From the NCBI GenBank assembly GCA_903856085.1, contig CAIOAT010000028.1, positions 2,676 to 66,675 of the forward strand: a stretch of DNA of 64,000 bases. Direction: 5' to 3'. The position numbers and the translations under genes were made by a program. The notes beneath the pieces are model-generated. The model was given only the letters and a program-made list of their open reading frames with translations. It was not told where the DNA came from and did not search any database. The DNA is from Candidatus Omnitrophota bacterium (GTDB lineage: Bacteria > Omnitrophota > Omnitrophia > Omnitrophales > Aquincolibacteriaceae). Positions 20,351 to 28,899 of the stretch are shown here, piece after piece. Within the stretch, counting starts at the first letter, position 1; the number at the start of each line of letters is the position of its first letter.

Positions 20351-22492
20351 ATGTGCGGCGATAACGCTTGTCAGTGCGGTTGTAAAAAAGTGGATGTGAC
20401 GAAGATCTTTGGAAGCAATGTTTTTAATGACAGGACCATGAGAGAACGCCTCCCGAAGGAAACCTACAAGGCCCTCAAGAAAACGATCCAGCAAGGGCTT
20501 CCGCTTTCTCCCGAGGTGGCCAACGTTGTTGCAAACGCGATGAAGGATTGGGCTATCGAAAAAGGCGCGACGCATTATACCCACTGGTTTCAGCCACTCA
20601 CGGGACGGACTGCGGAAAAACATGACTCTTTTATTTCTCCGACTGACGATGGCAGCGTGATCATGGAGTTCTCCGGGAAACAATTGGCCCAGGGCGAACC
20701 GGATGCGTCGTCATTTCCGAGCGGTGGTCTTCGTTCTACCTTTGAAGCGCGGGGTTATACGGCGTGGGATTGCACCTCTCCCGCATTCCTCAAGGAGGAT
20801 GCTTCGGGGAATGTAACGCTCGCTATTCCGACGGCGTTCTGCTCTTATACAAGTGAAGCGCTTGACAAGAAAACGCCACTTCTCCGTTCCATGGAAGCGG
20901 TTTCTCGACAGGCTGTTCGCGTGCTAAAAGCGCTTGGCAACAAGACTGCAAAACGTGTGACTGCGACGGTGGGTCCTGAGCAGGAATACTTCCTGATCGA
21001 TAAGACCTGCTATGAAAAGCGCCTCGACTTGATCGTTTCCGGGAGAACGCTTTTTGGTGCTGCGTCGCCCAAGGGGCAGGAGCTTGAGGATCAGTACTTC
21101 GGCGCAATCAAAGACCGGATTGCCGACTTTATGAGGGATCTGGATATCGAGCTCTGGAAGATGGGGGTCTCTTCCAAGACTAAACACAACGAAGTGGCAC
21201 CTGCGCAGTATGAAATGGCACCGATCTTCTCCACGACCAACATTGCGGCGGACCACAACCAGCTTGTGATGGAGACCATGCAGAAAGTGGCGCTCCGCCA
21301 TGATCTCGTGTGCCTTCTTCATGAGAAACCGTTCGCGGGTGTGAATGGTTCTGGCAAGCATAATAACTGGTCACTTTCGACCGATGACGGGCAGAATCTT
21401 CTGGAACCGGGGAAGACCCCTTCCGAGAACGAGCAGTTCCTGATCTTTGTGAGCGCCCTTCTCATGGCCGTGGATCGTCATGCAGACAAACTTCGGGCAA
21501 GTTGCGGCAATCCTGGCAACGATCTTCGCCTTGGCGCAAATGAAGCACCTCCGGCCATCATCTCCGTATTTATGGGCGATGAGTTTACCGAGATCTTGGA
21601 AGGTATCGCTAAAGGTAAAAAAGTCGAATCCCGAGGCCAGAGCTTTCTTCATATCGGGGTCGATGCTTTACCGCCTCTTCCCAAGGACAATACCGATCGT
21701 AACCGTACCTCGCCTTTCGCGTTTACGGGCAACAAATTCGAGTTCCGCATGGTCGGCTCTTCAGCCTCCATTTCCGGTCCGAATATTGTAATCAATACTA
21801 TTGTTGCGGAAGCGCTTGACGAGATCGCAACGCGTCTTGAGAAAGCCGGTAAAAATGGCCTTAACAAGGAAGCGGGTGCGATCGTTCGTGACGCCGTGAA
21901 AAAACATGGGCGCATTATTTTTAACGGGAACAATTACTCGGACGAGTGGGTTGCGGAAGCCAAGAAACGCGGTCTGCCGAACATCAAGACCGGTATCGAT
22001 GCTCTGGCCACCATGGCAACGCCTCAAGCGGAAAAGCTCTTTGATAAGTATCAGGTCTTGAGTCCCAAAGAGCTCCATTCTCGCTACGAAATCTATCTGG
22101 AGACTTATGTGAAGCATGTGAATATCGAGGCACAGGCGTCCGTCCAGATGGTCAAGCGGCTCTTCATTCCTGCGGGCATGAAGTTCGCGGCCGAGCTTGC
22201 AGGAGCTATTGGCGTTCTGAAAGCCGCTTCGGCGCCGGCTACGGTTCAAAAAGAATTACTCTCCACTGTGAGCGGTCTTTTGTCGGGGGCGTCGGAAAAA
22301 CTCGCGGTACTTGAAACGGCGATTGAAAAGGCGCATCACTTGGCCGATGTGGTCAAACGTGCCGAAGCGTTTCGTGACAAAGTGGTCGTGGCGATGAACG
22401 CTCTTCGCAAGGATATCGATGCTCTTGAGGGTGTGACTGCCACGGAGTACTGGCCTGTGCCCACCTACGCAGAAATGCTTTTTAAGCTTTAG
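20351..22492 (+). CDS. glnA: Glutamine synthetase type III
   Basis: 713 aa; [39 protein letters not shown] and [18 protein letters not shown]. Confidence 0.96.
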   Translation: MCGDNACQCGCKKVDVTKIFGSNVFNDRTMRERLPKETYKALKKTIQQGLPLSPEVANVVANAMKDWAIEKGATHYTHWFQPLTGRTAEKHDSFISPTDDGSVIMEFSGKQLAQGEPDASSFPSGGLRSTFEARGYTAWDCTSPAFLKEDASGNVTLAIPTAFCSYTSEALDKKTPLLRSMEAVSRQAVRVLKALGNKTAKRVTATVGPEQEYFLIDKTCYEKRLDLIVSGRTLFGAASPKGQELEDQYFGAIKDRIADFMRDLDIELWKMGVSSKTKHNEVAPAQYEMAPIFSTTNIAADHNQLVMETMQKVALRHDLVCLLHEKPFAGVNGSGKHNNWSLSTDDGQNLLEPGKTPSENEQFLIFVSALLMAVDRHADKLRASCGNPGNDLRLGANEAPPAIISVFMGDEFTEILEGIAKGKKVESRGQSFLHIGVDALPPLPKDNTDRNRTSPFAFTGNKFEFRMVGSSASISGPNIVINTIVAEALDEIATRLEKAGKNGLNKEAGAIVRDAVKKHGRIIFNGNNYSDEWVAEAKKRGLPNIKTGIDALATMATPQAEKLFDKYQVLSPKELHSRYEIYLETYVKHVNIEAQASVQMVKRLFIPAGMKFAAELAGAIGVLKAASAPATVQKELLSTVSGLLSGASEKLAVLETAIEKAHHLADVVKRAEAFRDKVVVAMNALRKDIDALEGVTATEYWPVPTYAEMLFKL

Positions 22493-22600
22493 AATACCGT
22501 AGTCTTGAAATAGGGTAAGGCGGCTCTGATTATTTGATAGTTTAATTAAAGGTAATCAGAGTCGCCTTGCCAACCCTCAGATTTATGATAAGGGCAAGGC

Positions 22601-22641
22601 AGGCGGGCTTCCTCAACCCCTGAGGAGCTCGCCTTTTTTTT
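22601..22641 (+). terminator. Rho-independent terminator after glnA
   Basis: AGGCGGGCTTCCTCA-loop-TGAGGAGCTCGCCT followed by a T-tract. Confidence 0.85.
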
Positions 22642-22710
22642 GGATTATCATCGTAAGGCTTTTCTTCCTCTCTAGTCCTTTTTTCAAATAATTCGTTGAG
22701 TTTTTCTAAG

Positions 22711-22727
22711 TTGGCACGCCTTTTGCT
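22711..22727 (+). promoter_or_regulatory. Sigma54 promoter of amtB1-glnK1
   Basis: TTGGCACGCCTTTTGCT. Confidence 0.9.
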
Positions 22728-22776
22728 TACTCTATAAGTGTGCGTGAATACAACGGGTTTTTTATTGCATCGAAAA

Positions 22777-22801
22777 TACAAAAATGTGCAACAAATCTGT
22801 A
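22777..22801. promoter_or_regulatory. Paired ACA-N4-TGT boxes downstream of the amtB1 promoter
   Basis: ACAAAAATGT at 22778-87 and ACAAATCTGT at 22791-800. Confidence 0.65.
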
Positions 22802-22830
22802 AGTTTCGACTTTTAAAGGAGGATGAAACG

Positions 22831-24159
22831 ATGCGAAAATTAAGAGTGTGGTTCTTGGGGGCGACAGGGTTTCTGGCGCTTATGGGAGTTTCGAAACTGG
22901 CGCTGGCCGCGGGGACAGTCGCTCCGGTCATTAATACCGGGGACACGGCCTGGGTATTGATTTCCGCTGGGCTTGTATTCTTAATGACACCGGGCCTGGC
23001 GTTCTTCTACGGGGGGTTGGTCCGGAAAAAGAACATGCTTTCTGTCCTTATGCAATGTTTTATGCTCATGTGCATCATCACGCTTCAGTGGGTGATGTTT
23101 GGCTACAGCCTTTCGTTCGGGCCGGATATAAAGGGGATTATCGGAAACTTGAGCTGGGCAGGACTTCACGGAGTCGGGATAACACCTTTCGCGGATTATT
23201 CAGCGACTGTTCCGCATCAGGCTTTTATGATCTATCAAGCGATGTTCGCCATCATCACCCCAGGCTTGATCCTGGGTGCTTTCGCGGAAAGGATGAAATT
23301 TTCCGCGTTTGTGGTCTTCTCGCTTCTTTGGGCCACATTCGTTTATGATCCAGTTTGCCACTGGGTATGGGGGGTGGGTGGTTTCCTGAGAAACTCAGGA
23401 GCTTTAGATTTTGCAGGCGGTACGGTGGTTCATATTAATGCGGGTGTTGCGGCTTTAGTCTGTGCGATCGTGCTGGGCAAAAGAAAAGGGTACCCTAGCC
23501 ATATGTCGCCTCCGCACAATCTCCCGTTCGCGGTGCTTGGCGCGGGACTTTTGTGGTTCGGTTGGTTCGGATTTAACGGGGGAAGTGCTTTGGGCGCTAA
23601 TGGCTTGGCCACCAGCGCGCTTGTGGTGACGCATGTCGCCGCTGCCGCTGCAGGCCTGACCTGGTCCCTGTTGGAATGGAAGATCAGCTCCAAGCCTACC
23701 ATGCTCGGAATGATCACGGGTGCTGTCGCCGGCCTTGTCGCCATTACGCCTGCAGCAGGATTCGTGGGTCCCATGGACGCCATTTGGATCGGTGTTGGAG
23801 TTTCAGTGATCTGCTATTTCTTTGTGGCTGTGGTCAAAGCCAAGTTTGGCTATGACGATTCACTGGACGCTTTTGGCGTGCACGGTGTTGGCGGAATCTG
23901 GGGGGCTTTGGCCACGGGTCTTTGGGCCACGAAAGCTGTCAATCCTGCCGGGAATAACGGGCTCTTCTACGGGAACCCCGGACTTTTTCTGATCCAGCTA
24001 AAAGCTGTGGTCATTACCATTGTCTATTCATTCATCGTTTCATTCGTTCTTCTGAAGATCGTGGATTTGGTGATAGGTCTACGCGTTTCAGAGGATGAAG
24101 AACGTATCGGGCTTGATCTCACGCAGCATCGTGAGTCTGGCTACACCATGCTGGATTAA
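22831..24159 (+). CDS. amtB: Ammonium transporter
   Basis: DFAGGTVVH, WFGWFGFN and DDSLDAFGVH (twin His intact); AAGGAGG RBS before ATG 22831. Confidence 0.97.
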   Translation: MRKLRVWFLGATGFLALMGVSKLALAAGTVAPVINTGDTAWVLISAGLVFLMTPGLAFFYGGLVRKKNMLSVLMQCFMLMCIITLQWVMFGYSLSFGPDIKGIIGNLSWAGLHGVGITPFADYSATVPHQAFMIYQAMFAIITPGLILGAFAERMKFSAFVVFSLLWATFVYDPVCHWVWGVGGFLRNSGALDFAGGTVVHINAGVAALVCAIVLGKRKGYPSHMSPPHNLPFAVLGAGLLWFGWFGFNGGSALGANGLATSALVVTHVAAAAAGLTWSLLEWKISSKPTMLGMITGAVAGLVAITPAAGFVGPMDAIWIGVGVSVICYFFVAVVKAKFGYDDSLDAFGVHGVGGIWGALATGLWATKAVNPAGNNGLFYGNPGLFLIQLKAVVITIVYSFIVSFVLLKIVDLVIGLRVSEDEERIGLDLTQHRESGYTMLD

Positions 24160-24169
24160 GGAGGAAACC

Positions 24170-24511
24170 ATGCGCTACATCATCGCGATCATTCAACCGG
24201 ATCGGCTAGACGAGGTGCTCCAGATCCTTGAAGAAAAAGAGATCCATCTTGTTACCGTGACCAATGTCCTGGGGCGCGGTCGTCAAAAAGGGATCTCGGA
24301 GGTTTATAGAGGGCACAAGGAAGGTGGCCGGCTCTTGAAAAAAGTCAAACTGGAGATTGCCGTCAATGATGAATATGTGCAGGTTACGATCGACGCGATT
24401 ACCCAGGGTGCTCGGACCAATCACATCGGGGATGGCAAGATCTTCGTCCTCGATCTTAAAGAGTGCTTTCGCATTCGCACGGGTGAGATCGGTAAGATAG
24501 CGATCGGGTGA
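24170..24511 (+). CDS. glnK: PII signal protein
   Basis: GRGRQKG, T-loop YRG, IGDGKIF and RIRTGE; follows amtB. Confidence 0.93.
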   Translation: MRYIIAIIQPDRLDEVLQILEEKEIHLVTVTNVLGRGRQKGISEVYRGHKEGGRLLKKVKLEIAVNDEYVQVTIDAITQGARTNHIGDGKIFVLDLKECFRIRTGEIGKIAIG

Positions 24512-24600
24512 TTTTTATACGCATGTGAAAATTGGTTTTAAGAGAGAATTACTTATAAAACAGCATGCTCTGTGCTTCCCAGTTCCTGATTTGCGCAAAC

Positions 24601-24617
24601 TTGGCACATCTCTTGCA
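24601..24617 (+). promoter_or_regulatory. Sigma54 promoter of amtB2-glnK2
   Basis: TTGGCACATCTCTTGCA. Confidence 0.88.
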
Positions 24618-24686
24618 GTCTAGTCTATGGCAGCGCGGTTTCTTTTCTGAGCGCAGAATAGAAGGGAATTTTTTTGTCCAAAAGCC

Positions 24687-24711
24687 TACAAAAATGTATG
24701 ACGAATTCGTC
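24687..24711. promoter_or_regulatory. Paired boxes downstream of the amtB2 promoter
   Basis: ACAAAAATGT at 24688-97 and ACGAATTCGT at 24701-10; same 13-bp start spacing as at amtB1. Confidence 0.6.
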
Positions 24712-24748
24712 GAAAAGAGGATCTGTCGACAAAAAAGGGGGAGTTCTG

Positions 24749-26077
24749 ATGCGGAAAAAAAGTAAGTATTTTTGGGGGAGTGCAATTTTTTTTATGCTTC
24801 TTGGTGCATCCCAAACAGCCTGGGCTGCAAGTCCCGCAGTTCCGGCGATTAGCGGCGGGGATACCGCATGGGTTCTTATCTCGGCGGCCCTGGTATTCTT
24901 GATGACACCCGGTCTGGCTTTTTTCTATGGTGGGCTTGTTCGCAGGAAGAACATGCTTTCCATCCTGATGCAGTGCTTCATGCTGATATGTATGGTGACG
25001 CTTCAATGGGTCCTTCTCGGCTATAGTTTAGCGTTCGGGCCTGATGTGAAGGGTCTGATCGGTAACTTGAGCTGGGCGGGTCTTCAGGGTGTGAGTCTGG
25101 ATCCATTCGCGGCTTATTCGTCCACGATTCCACACCAGCTTTTTATGATCTATCAAGCGATGTTCGCGATCATTACGCCAGGCCTGATCCTGGGCGCTTT
25201 CGCGGAGCGCATGAAATTTTCTGCGTTCTGTGTTTTTTCAATCCTTTGGGCGACCTTGGTTTATGATCCGGTGGCTCACTGGATGTGGGGTGTCGGCGGT
25301 TTCTTAAGAAATATGGGGGCTCTCGATTTTGCCGGAGGGGTTGTGGTTCACATCAACGCGGGCATTGCCGCTCTTGTCTGCGCCTTGGTCCTTGGAAAAA
25401 GAAAAGGTTATCCTCAGCATATGTCGCCTCCTCACAATCTACCGTTCGCTGTTTTAGGCGCCGGACTTCTTTGGTTTGGTTGGTTCGGATTCAATGGCGG
25501 CAGCGCGCTAGGCGCTAATCGGATCGCTGTCAGCGCTGTGGTTGTTTCTCATATCGCAGGGGCAGCTGCCGGACTGACTTGGGCGCTGCTGGAATGGAAG
25601 TTCAACTCCAAGCCCACCATGCTCGGTATGATCACCGGCGCCGTTGCGGGGCTTGCTACGATCACTCCCGCTGCGGGTTTTGTGGGGCCGATCGCTGCGA
25701 TCTGGATAGGGATTATAGCCTCGGTAGTCTGCTATTTTTGTGTGGCGGTGGTCAAAGCAAAGTCTGGTTATGATGATTCGCTGGATGCTTTCGGCGTGCA
25801 TGGGGTCGGCGGGATCCTGGGGACTTTGGCTACGGGTTTTTGGGCGTCAAAAGTCGTCAATCCTGCCGGCAATAACGGGCTCTTTTACGGGAACCCGGGA
25901 CTCTTTCTGATCCAGTTGAAAGCCGTGGTCATTACCATTGTCTATTCATTTATCGTCTCTTGGGTCCTTCTGAAGATCGTGGATGCCTTCATGGGTCTAC
26001 GCGTTTCTGAGGACGAAGAACGTATCGGGCTTGATCTCACGCAGCATCGTGAGTCTGGCTACACCATGTTGGATTAA
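24749..26077 (+). CDS. amtB: Ammonium transporter, second copy
   Basis: Paralog of 22831-24159 with the same signature motifs. Confidence 0.97.
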   Translation: MRKKSKYFWGSAIFFMLLGASQTAWAASPAVPAISGGDTAWVLISAALVFLMTPGLAFFYGGLVRRKNMLSILMQCFMLICMVTLQWVLLGYSLAFGPDVKGLIGNLSWAGLQGVSLDPFAAYSSTIPHQLFMIYQAMFAIITPGLILGAFAERMKFSAFCVFSILWATLVYDPVAHWMWGVGGFLRNMGALDFAGGVVVHINAGIAALVCALVLGKRKGYPQHMSPPHNLPFAVLGAGLLWFGWFGFNGGSALGANRIAVSAVVVSHIAGAAAGLTWALLEWKFNSKPTMLGMITGAVAGLATITPAAGFVGPIAAIWIGIIASVVCYFCVAVVKAKSGYDDSLDAFGVHGVGGILGTLATGFWASKVVNPAGNNGLFYGNPGLFLIQLKAVVITIVYSFIVSWVLLKIVDAFMGLRVSEDEERIGLDLTQHRESGYTMLD

Positions 26078-26086
26078 GGGGGAACC

Positions 26087-26428
26087 ATGCGATACATCAT
26101 TGCCATTATTCAACCAGATCGTTTGGACGAAGTGCTGCGGATCCTTGAGGAAAAGGAAATTCATCTTGTCACTGTGACCAATGTTCTGGGTCGCGGTCGT
26201 CAAAAAGGGATCTCAGAGGTCTACAGGGGGCATAAGGAAGGCGGCCGGCTTTTGAAAAAAATTAAACTCGAGATCGCCGTTAATGAGGAATTTGTGCAAG
26301 CCACGGTCGATGCGATCATCCAGGGCGCGCGGACCAATCACATCGGGGACGGAAAGATCTTCGTCCTTGATCTCAAAGAGTGCCTTCGTATTCGTACGGG
26401 TGAGACCGGAAAAATAGCGATCGGATAA
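26087..26428 (+). CDS. glnK: PII signal protein, second copy
   Basis: Nearly identical protein to 24170-24511. Confidence 0.93.
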   Translation: MRYIIAIIQPDRLDEVLRILEEKEIHLVTVTNVLGRGRQKGISEVYRGHKEGGRLLKKIKLEIAVNEEFVQATVDAIIQGARTNHIGDGKIFVLDLKECLRIRTGETGKIAIG

Positions 26429-26496
26429 GATTATGTTGAAAAGATTCTTCCGGCCTCAAAATCACCTCCCCAGGTGATTGGGAAGTTCCCCTTCCG

Positions 26497-26536
26497 GCCC
26501 TGATTTCATTTCATTGAAAATGAATAAAGTCAGGGC
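26497..26536. terminator. Stem-loop between convergent glnK2 and the K+ transporter gene
   Basis: GCCCTGATTT...AAAGTCAGGGC inverted repeat. Confidence 0.5.
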
Positions 26537-26620
26537 TGTCCAATTAACTCGTTTGCTTGCGGGAAGGTTGGGATGGGGCGGGGGTTTCTTTTGGGCCGTT
26601 CTCTTTTCCGGAATGAATGT

Positions 26621-28342
26621 TTATCCGGTGATGAGGAGATGACGTTTGGAATCAAGCCTACGGGCGAGGCTTTGGAACACATCTTGGCGCATGAGCCTCA
26701 TCAGGCCGCTGCGTTTCGTAGCTCCAATAAGAACCGTTTCAACGTTCAGTTCGTTCGCGGCCATCGCGATCAATTTTCCTGCATCCTCTCCAGCCTGCCA
26801 GACAGGAACTGCGGTAATCCCTTGTTTTTCCATTTCATTCTGGGCGTGTGCCAAGAGTTCAATGGATTCCTTCGAAGGTTCGACCTCTTCCGGGAGTTCC
26901 GTGAAATCGGGCATGGGTTCCACGTAGCTCAGATAGATGGAATTTTCTCCTCTGGCTTTTACCCGGAGAGCCGCTTCATCCAGTAAAACCGGGTTAAATG
27001 TGCGAAGTGCGACCAGGGACGAACTATGGTAAAGCGAAGCGAGTGCTTTGGCCTCGGAAACCGTGAGAACATTAATGTTCGGAATGAAAGCAGAAACCGG
27101 GGCTCCGGCGAAGTGTTTGCCCATGAATCTCAGCGTGAATCCGACGACTAGTACGGACGTGGCAAAGATCAACGCACTCCTTTTTTCATAGGCGATGGTG
27201 ATCTCCACGAAAAAGAGGATAACGGTTGCGAAAAAGAGAAGTGCTCGCTCCCAGGTTTTGAGCAAGATCTTGTAATTCGTTGCGCAGGACCCAAGATTGA
27301 TCGTAATGGCACCCACGACACCGATGGCGTAAAGGGCCGCCAGTCTTACCAAATTATGTTCGATCACTAGTACGAGGGCGGGAACAGCCGCAGCGACGAT
27401 GAGTGCGAGCCATGGCATCCCGAATTTATTGAGCTTTGCAAAAAGGGGCGGCAGTTCGCCGTCTTTGGCCATGAGGAACTGGATATTCACAAGGTCGGTG
27501 ATCGCTGTGTTTACAGCCGAAAGCAGCAGAAAACCGAAAATGATGGAAATAACTTGTCCATACCAGGGTGCAATGTAGTGATTCGCAAGGGCGCGCAGCA
27601 TATCCTCAGTGTGGTTTCCGAGATTTGGGATTGCGTTCATGGCAATGCCCAAAATGAAGGTGAGGACTGACACCTCGATCAATACGGGCCAAATGGCACG
27701 CTTGGAAGTCTTTGCGACCGGTTCCACCATAATGCCGGTCATATTGGCAATGGCCTCAACACCCGAGAGTGCCAGCACGATCCCCACAAAGCTTGCCCAG
27801 TTCTTGAAGAGTCCGCCTGTGGGCAGCGTAAATTGAGCGTGAGAAAGCGAGGGGATCGTGAAGAAGACAAGGGCGAGGACAGACGCCACGGCTGCGATCC
27901 CGATCAGGGAAGCAATATCGCCGCCCTTGGTCGGTCCCATCCAGTTGATAGCGCCGATTGATACGATCGCGCCGATAGCCCAAAGTTCCGGATGGGGCAG
28001 GTTCAAATAATGAAAAGCATCCAACGCGCTGAGCGATGCCGTCACGACATAATCCGCAATTAAGAGGAATGCCCCTAGCATGGCCAGATTCTGGGAACGG
28101 TGTTTGACCGAAGAGTACACACCGCCGCCGTCAGGGTAGATGCGGCAGATGACCATGTAGCAAATGCCGATCAGGGCGGTCAGGCCGGACATTAGCCCGA
28201 GGAAAAGCCAGGAAGCATGTCCGACCAAGGCAAATGCGATACCGAGGACATAGGCCTTGCTTGTGCCCCAGTCGCCATAAAGCATGGCGGCGGCTTGATA
28301 CCATTTGAGTTCACGGGGTCTTTCAACCTTTTTAGCGAACAT
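26621..28342 (-). CDS. KimA/KUP-like K+ transporter (APC superfamily) with C-terminal USP-like domain
   Basis: TM1 YGDWGTSKAY (KUP YGDIGTSPLY; KimA D-x6-Y), LLIADYVVT, ALSGVEAIAN and a USP-like tail; c-di-AMP riboswitch upstream. Confidence 0.8.
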   Translation of the reverse strand: MFAKKVERPRELKWYQAAAMLYGDWGTSKAYVLGIAFALVGHASWLFLGLMSGLTALIGICYMVICRIYPDGGGVYSSVKHRSQNLAMLGAFLLIADYVVTASLSALDAFHYLNLPHPELWAIGAIVSIGAINWMGPTKGGDIASLIGIAAVASVLALVFFTIPSLSHAQFTLPTGGLFKNWASFVGIVLALSGVEAIANMTGIMVEPVAKTSKRAIWPVLIEVSVLTFILGIAMNAIPNLGNHTEDMLRALANHYIAPWYGQVISIIFGFLLLSAVNTAITDLVNIQFLMAKDGELPPLFAKLNKFGMPWLALIVAAAVPALVLVIEHNLVRLAALYAIGVVGAITINLGSCATNYKILLKTWERALLFFATVILFFVEITIAYEKRSALIFATSVLVVGFTLRFMGKHFAGAPVSAFIPNINVLTVSEAKALASLYHSSSLVALRTFNPVLLDEAALRVKARGENSIYLSYVEPMPDFTELPEEVEPSKESIELLAHAQNEMEKQGITAVPVWQAGEDAGKLIAMAANELNVETVLIGATKRSGLMRLMRQDVFQSLARRLDSKRHLLITG

Positions 28343-28346
28343 GGAA

Positions 28347-28418
28347 TCAGCCCCGCGCTTTCAGGGGGAGAGAAAAAAGGGGGATAGTTAGAGAACGGGA
28401 CAAGAAAATAGCCTTCAT
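28347..28418 (-). CDS. Putative 23-aa leader peptide MKAIFLSRSLTIPLFSLPLKARG
   Basis: GAGAGGAG RBS directly after the riboswitch; the stop lies 4 nt before the transporter ATG. Confidence 0.4.
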   Translation of the reverse strand: MKAIFLSRSLTIPLFSLPLKARG

Positions 28419-28424
28419 GAAAAA

Positions 28425-28562
28425 CTCCTCTCTTTCGCCTACGGGGTTAGCTGACGGGCTAAGGTCGAGGATCTTACCTCTTAGGGCCTGATTTCAGGCC
28501 GCTAATTAGCCCCTTATGGTTATTGGGTCCCCCGTTCCGCGATCCGCTGCGGACTCGGCATA
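28425..28562 (-). ncRNA. c-di-AMP (ydaO/yuaA) riboswitch
   Basis: Minus strand GCCGAGTCC...GGAACGGGGGACCC...GGGGCTAAT...AGCCCGTCAGCTAACCCCGTAGGC matches the ydaO consensus; lies upstream of a K+ transporter. Confidence 0.9.
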
Positions 28563-28572
28563 TAAGCGAGCG

Positions 28573-28600
28573 ACTATACGCTCTTTTTTTGAAAAATCAA
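28573..28600 (-). promoter_or_regulatory. Sigma70 promoter for the riboswitch leader
   Basis: TTGATT-16 nt-TATAGT just upstream of the aptamer. Confidence 0.55.
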
Positions 28601-28674
28601 CAGTCCTTACAACAACCTTTGTGGAGGTTTTCTCGGAGCATGGGATGTGTTTAAACTACTCCTTATTCCACGGA

Positions 28675-28691
28675 TGCAATTTTGGTGCCAA
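28675..28691 (-). promoter_or_regulatory. Divergent sigma54 promoter reading toward the riboswitch and K+ transporter
   Basis: Minus strand TTGGCACCAAAATTGCA. Confidence 0.8.
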
Positions 28692-28743
28692 CACTTTGCT
28701 CCTGTGCGTTCGAGAGCAGTATTCAATAAAGATGCGGTGATAT

Positions 28744-28774
28744 TACAAAAATGAAGATTGGAGACAAAAATGTC
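28744..28774. promoter_or_regulatory. Paired boxes between the two divergent sigma54 promoters
   Basis: ACAAAAATGA at 28745-54 and GACAAAAATGTC at 28763-74. Confidence 0.7.
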
Positions 28775-28829
28775 AGAATCTTGAAAAGCCCGCAGGATTT
28801 TTAAGGGGTGGATCAATAGGGGAAGCAAG

Positions 28830-28846
28830 TTGGCATGGTAATTGCC
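28830..28846 (+). promoter_or_regulatory. Sigma54 promoter of the APC-PII operon
   Basis: TTGGCATGGTAATTGCC. Confidence 0.85.
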
Positions 28847-28899
28847 ATATTCTGATGAGACCATCTCAAGAATTGAACTGAGACCAAAGGAGAATATCA

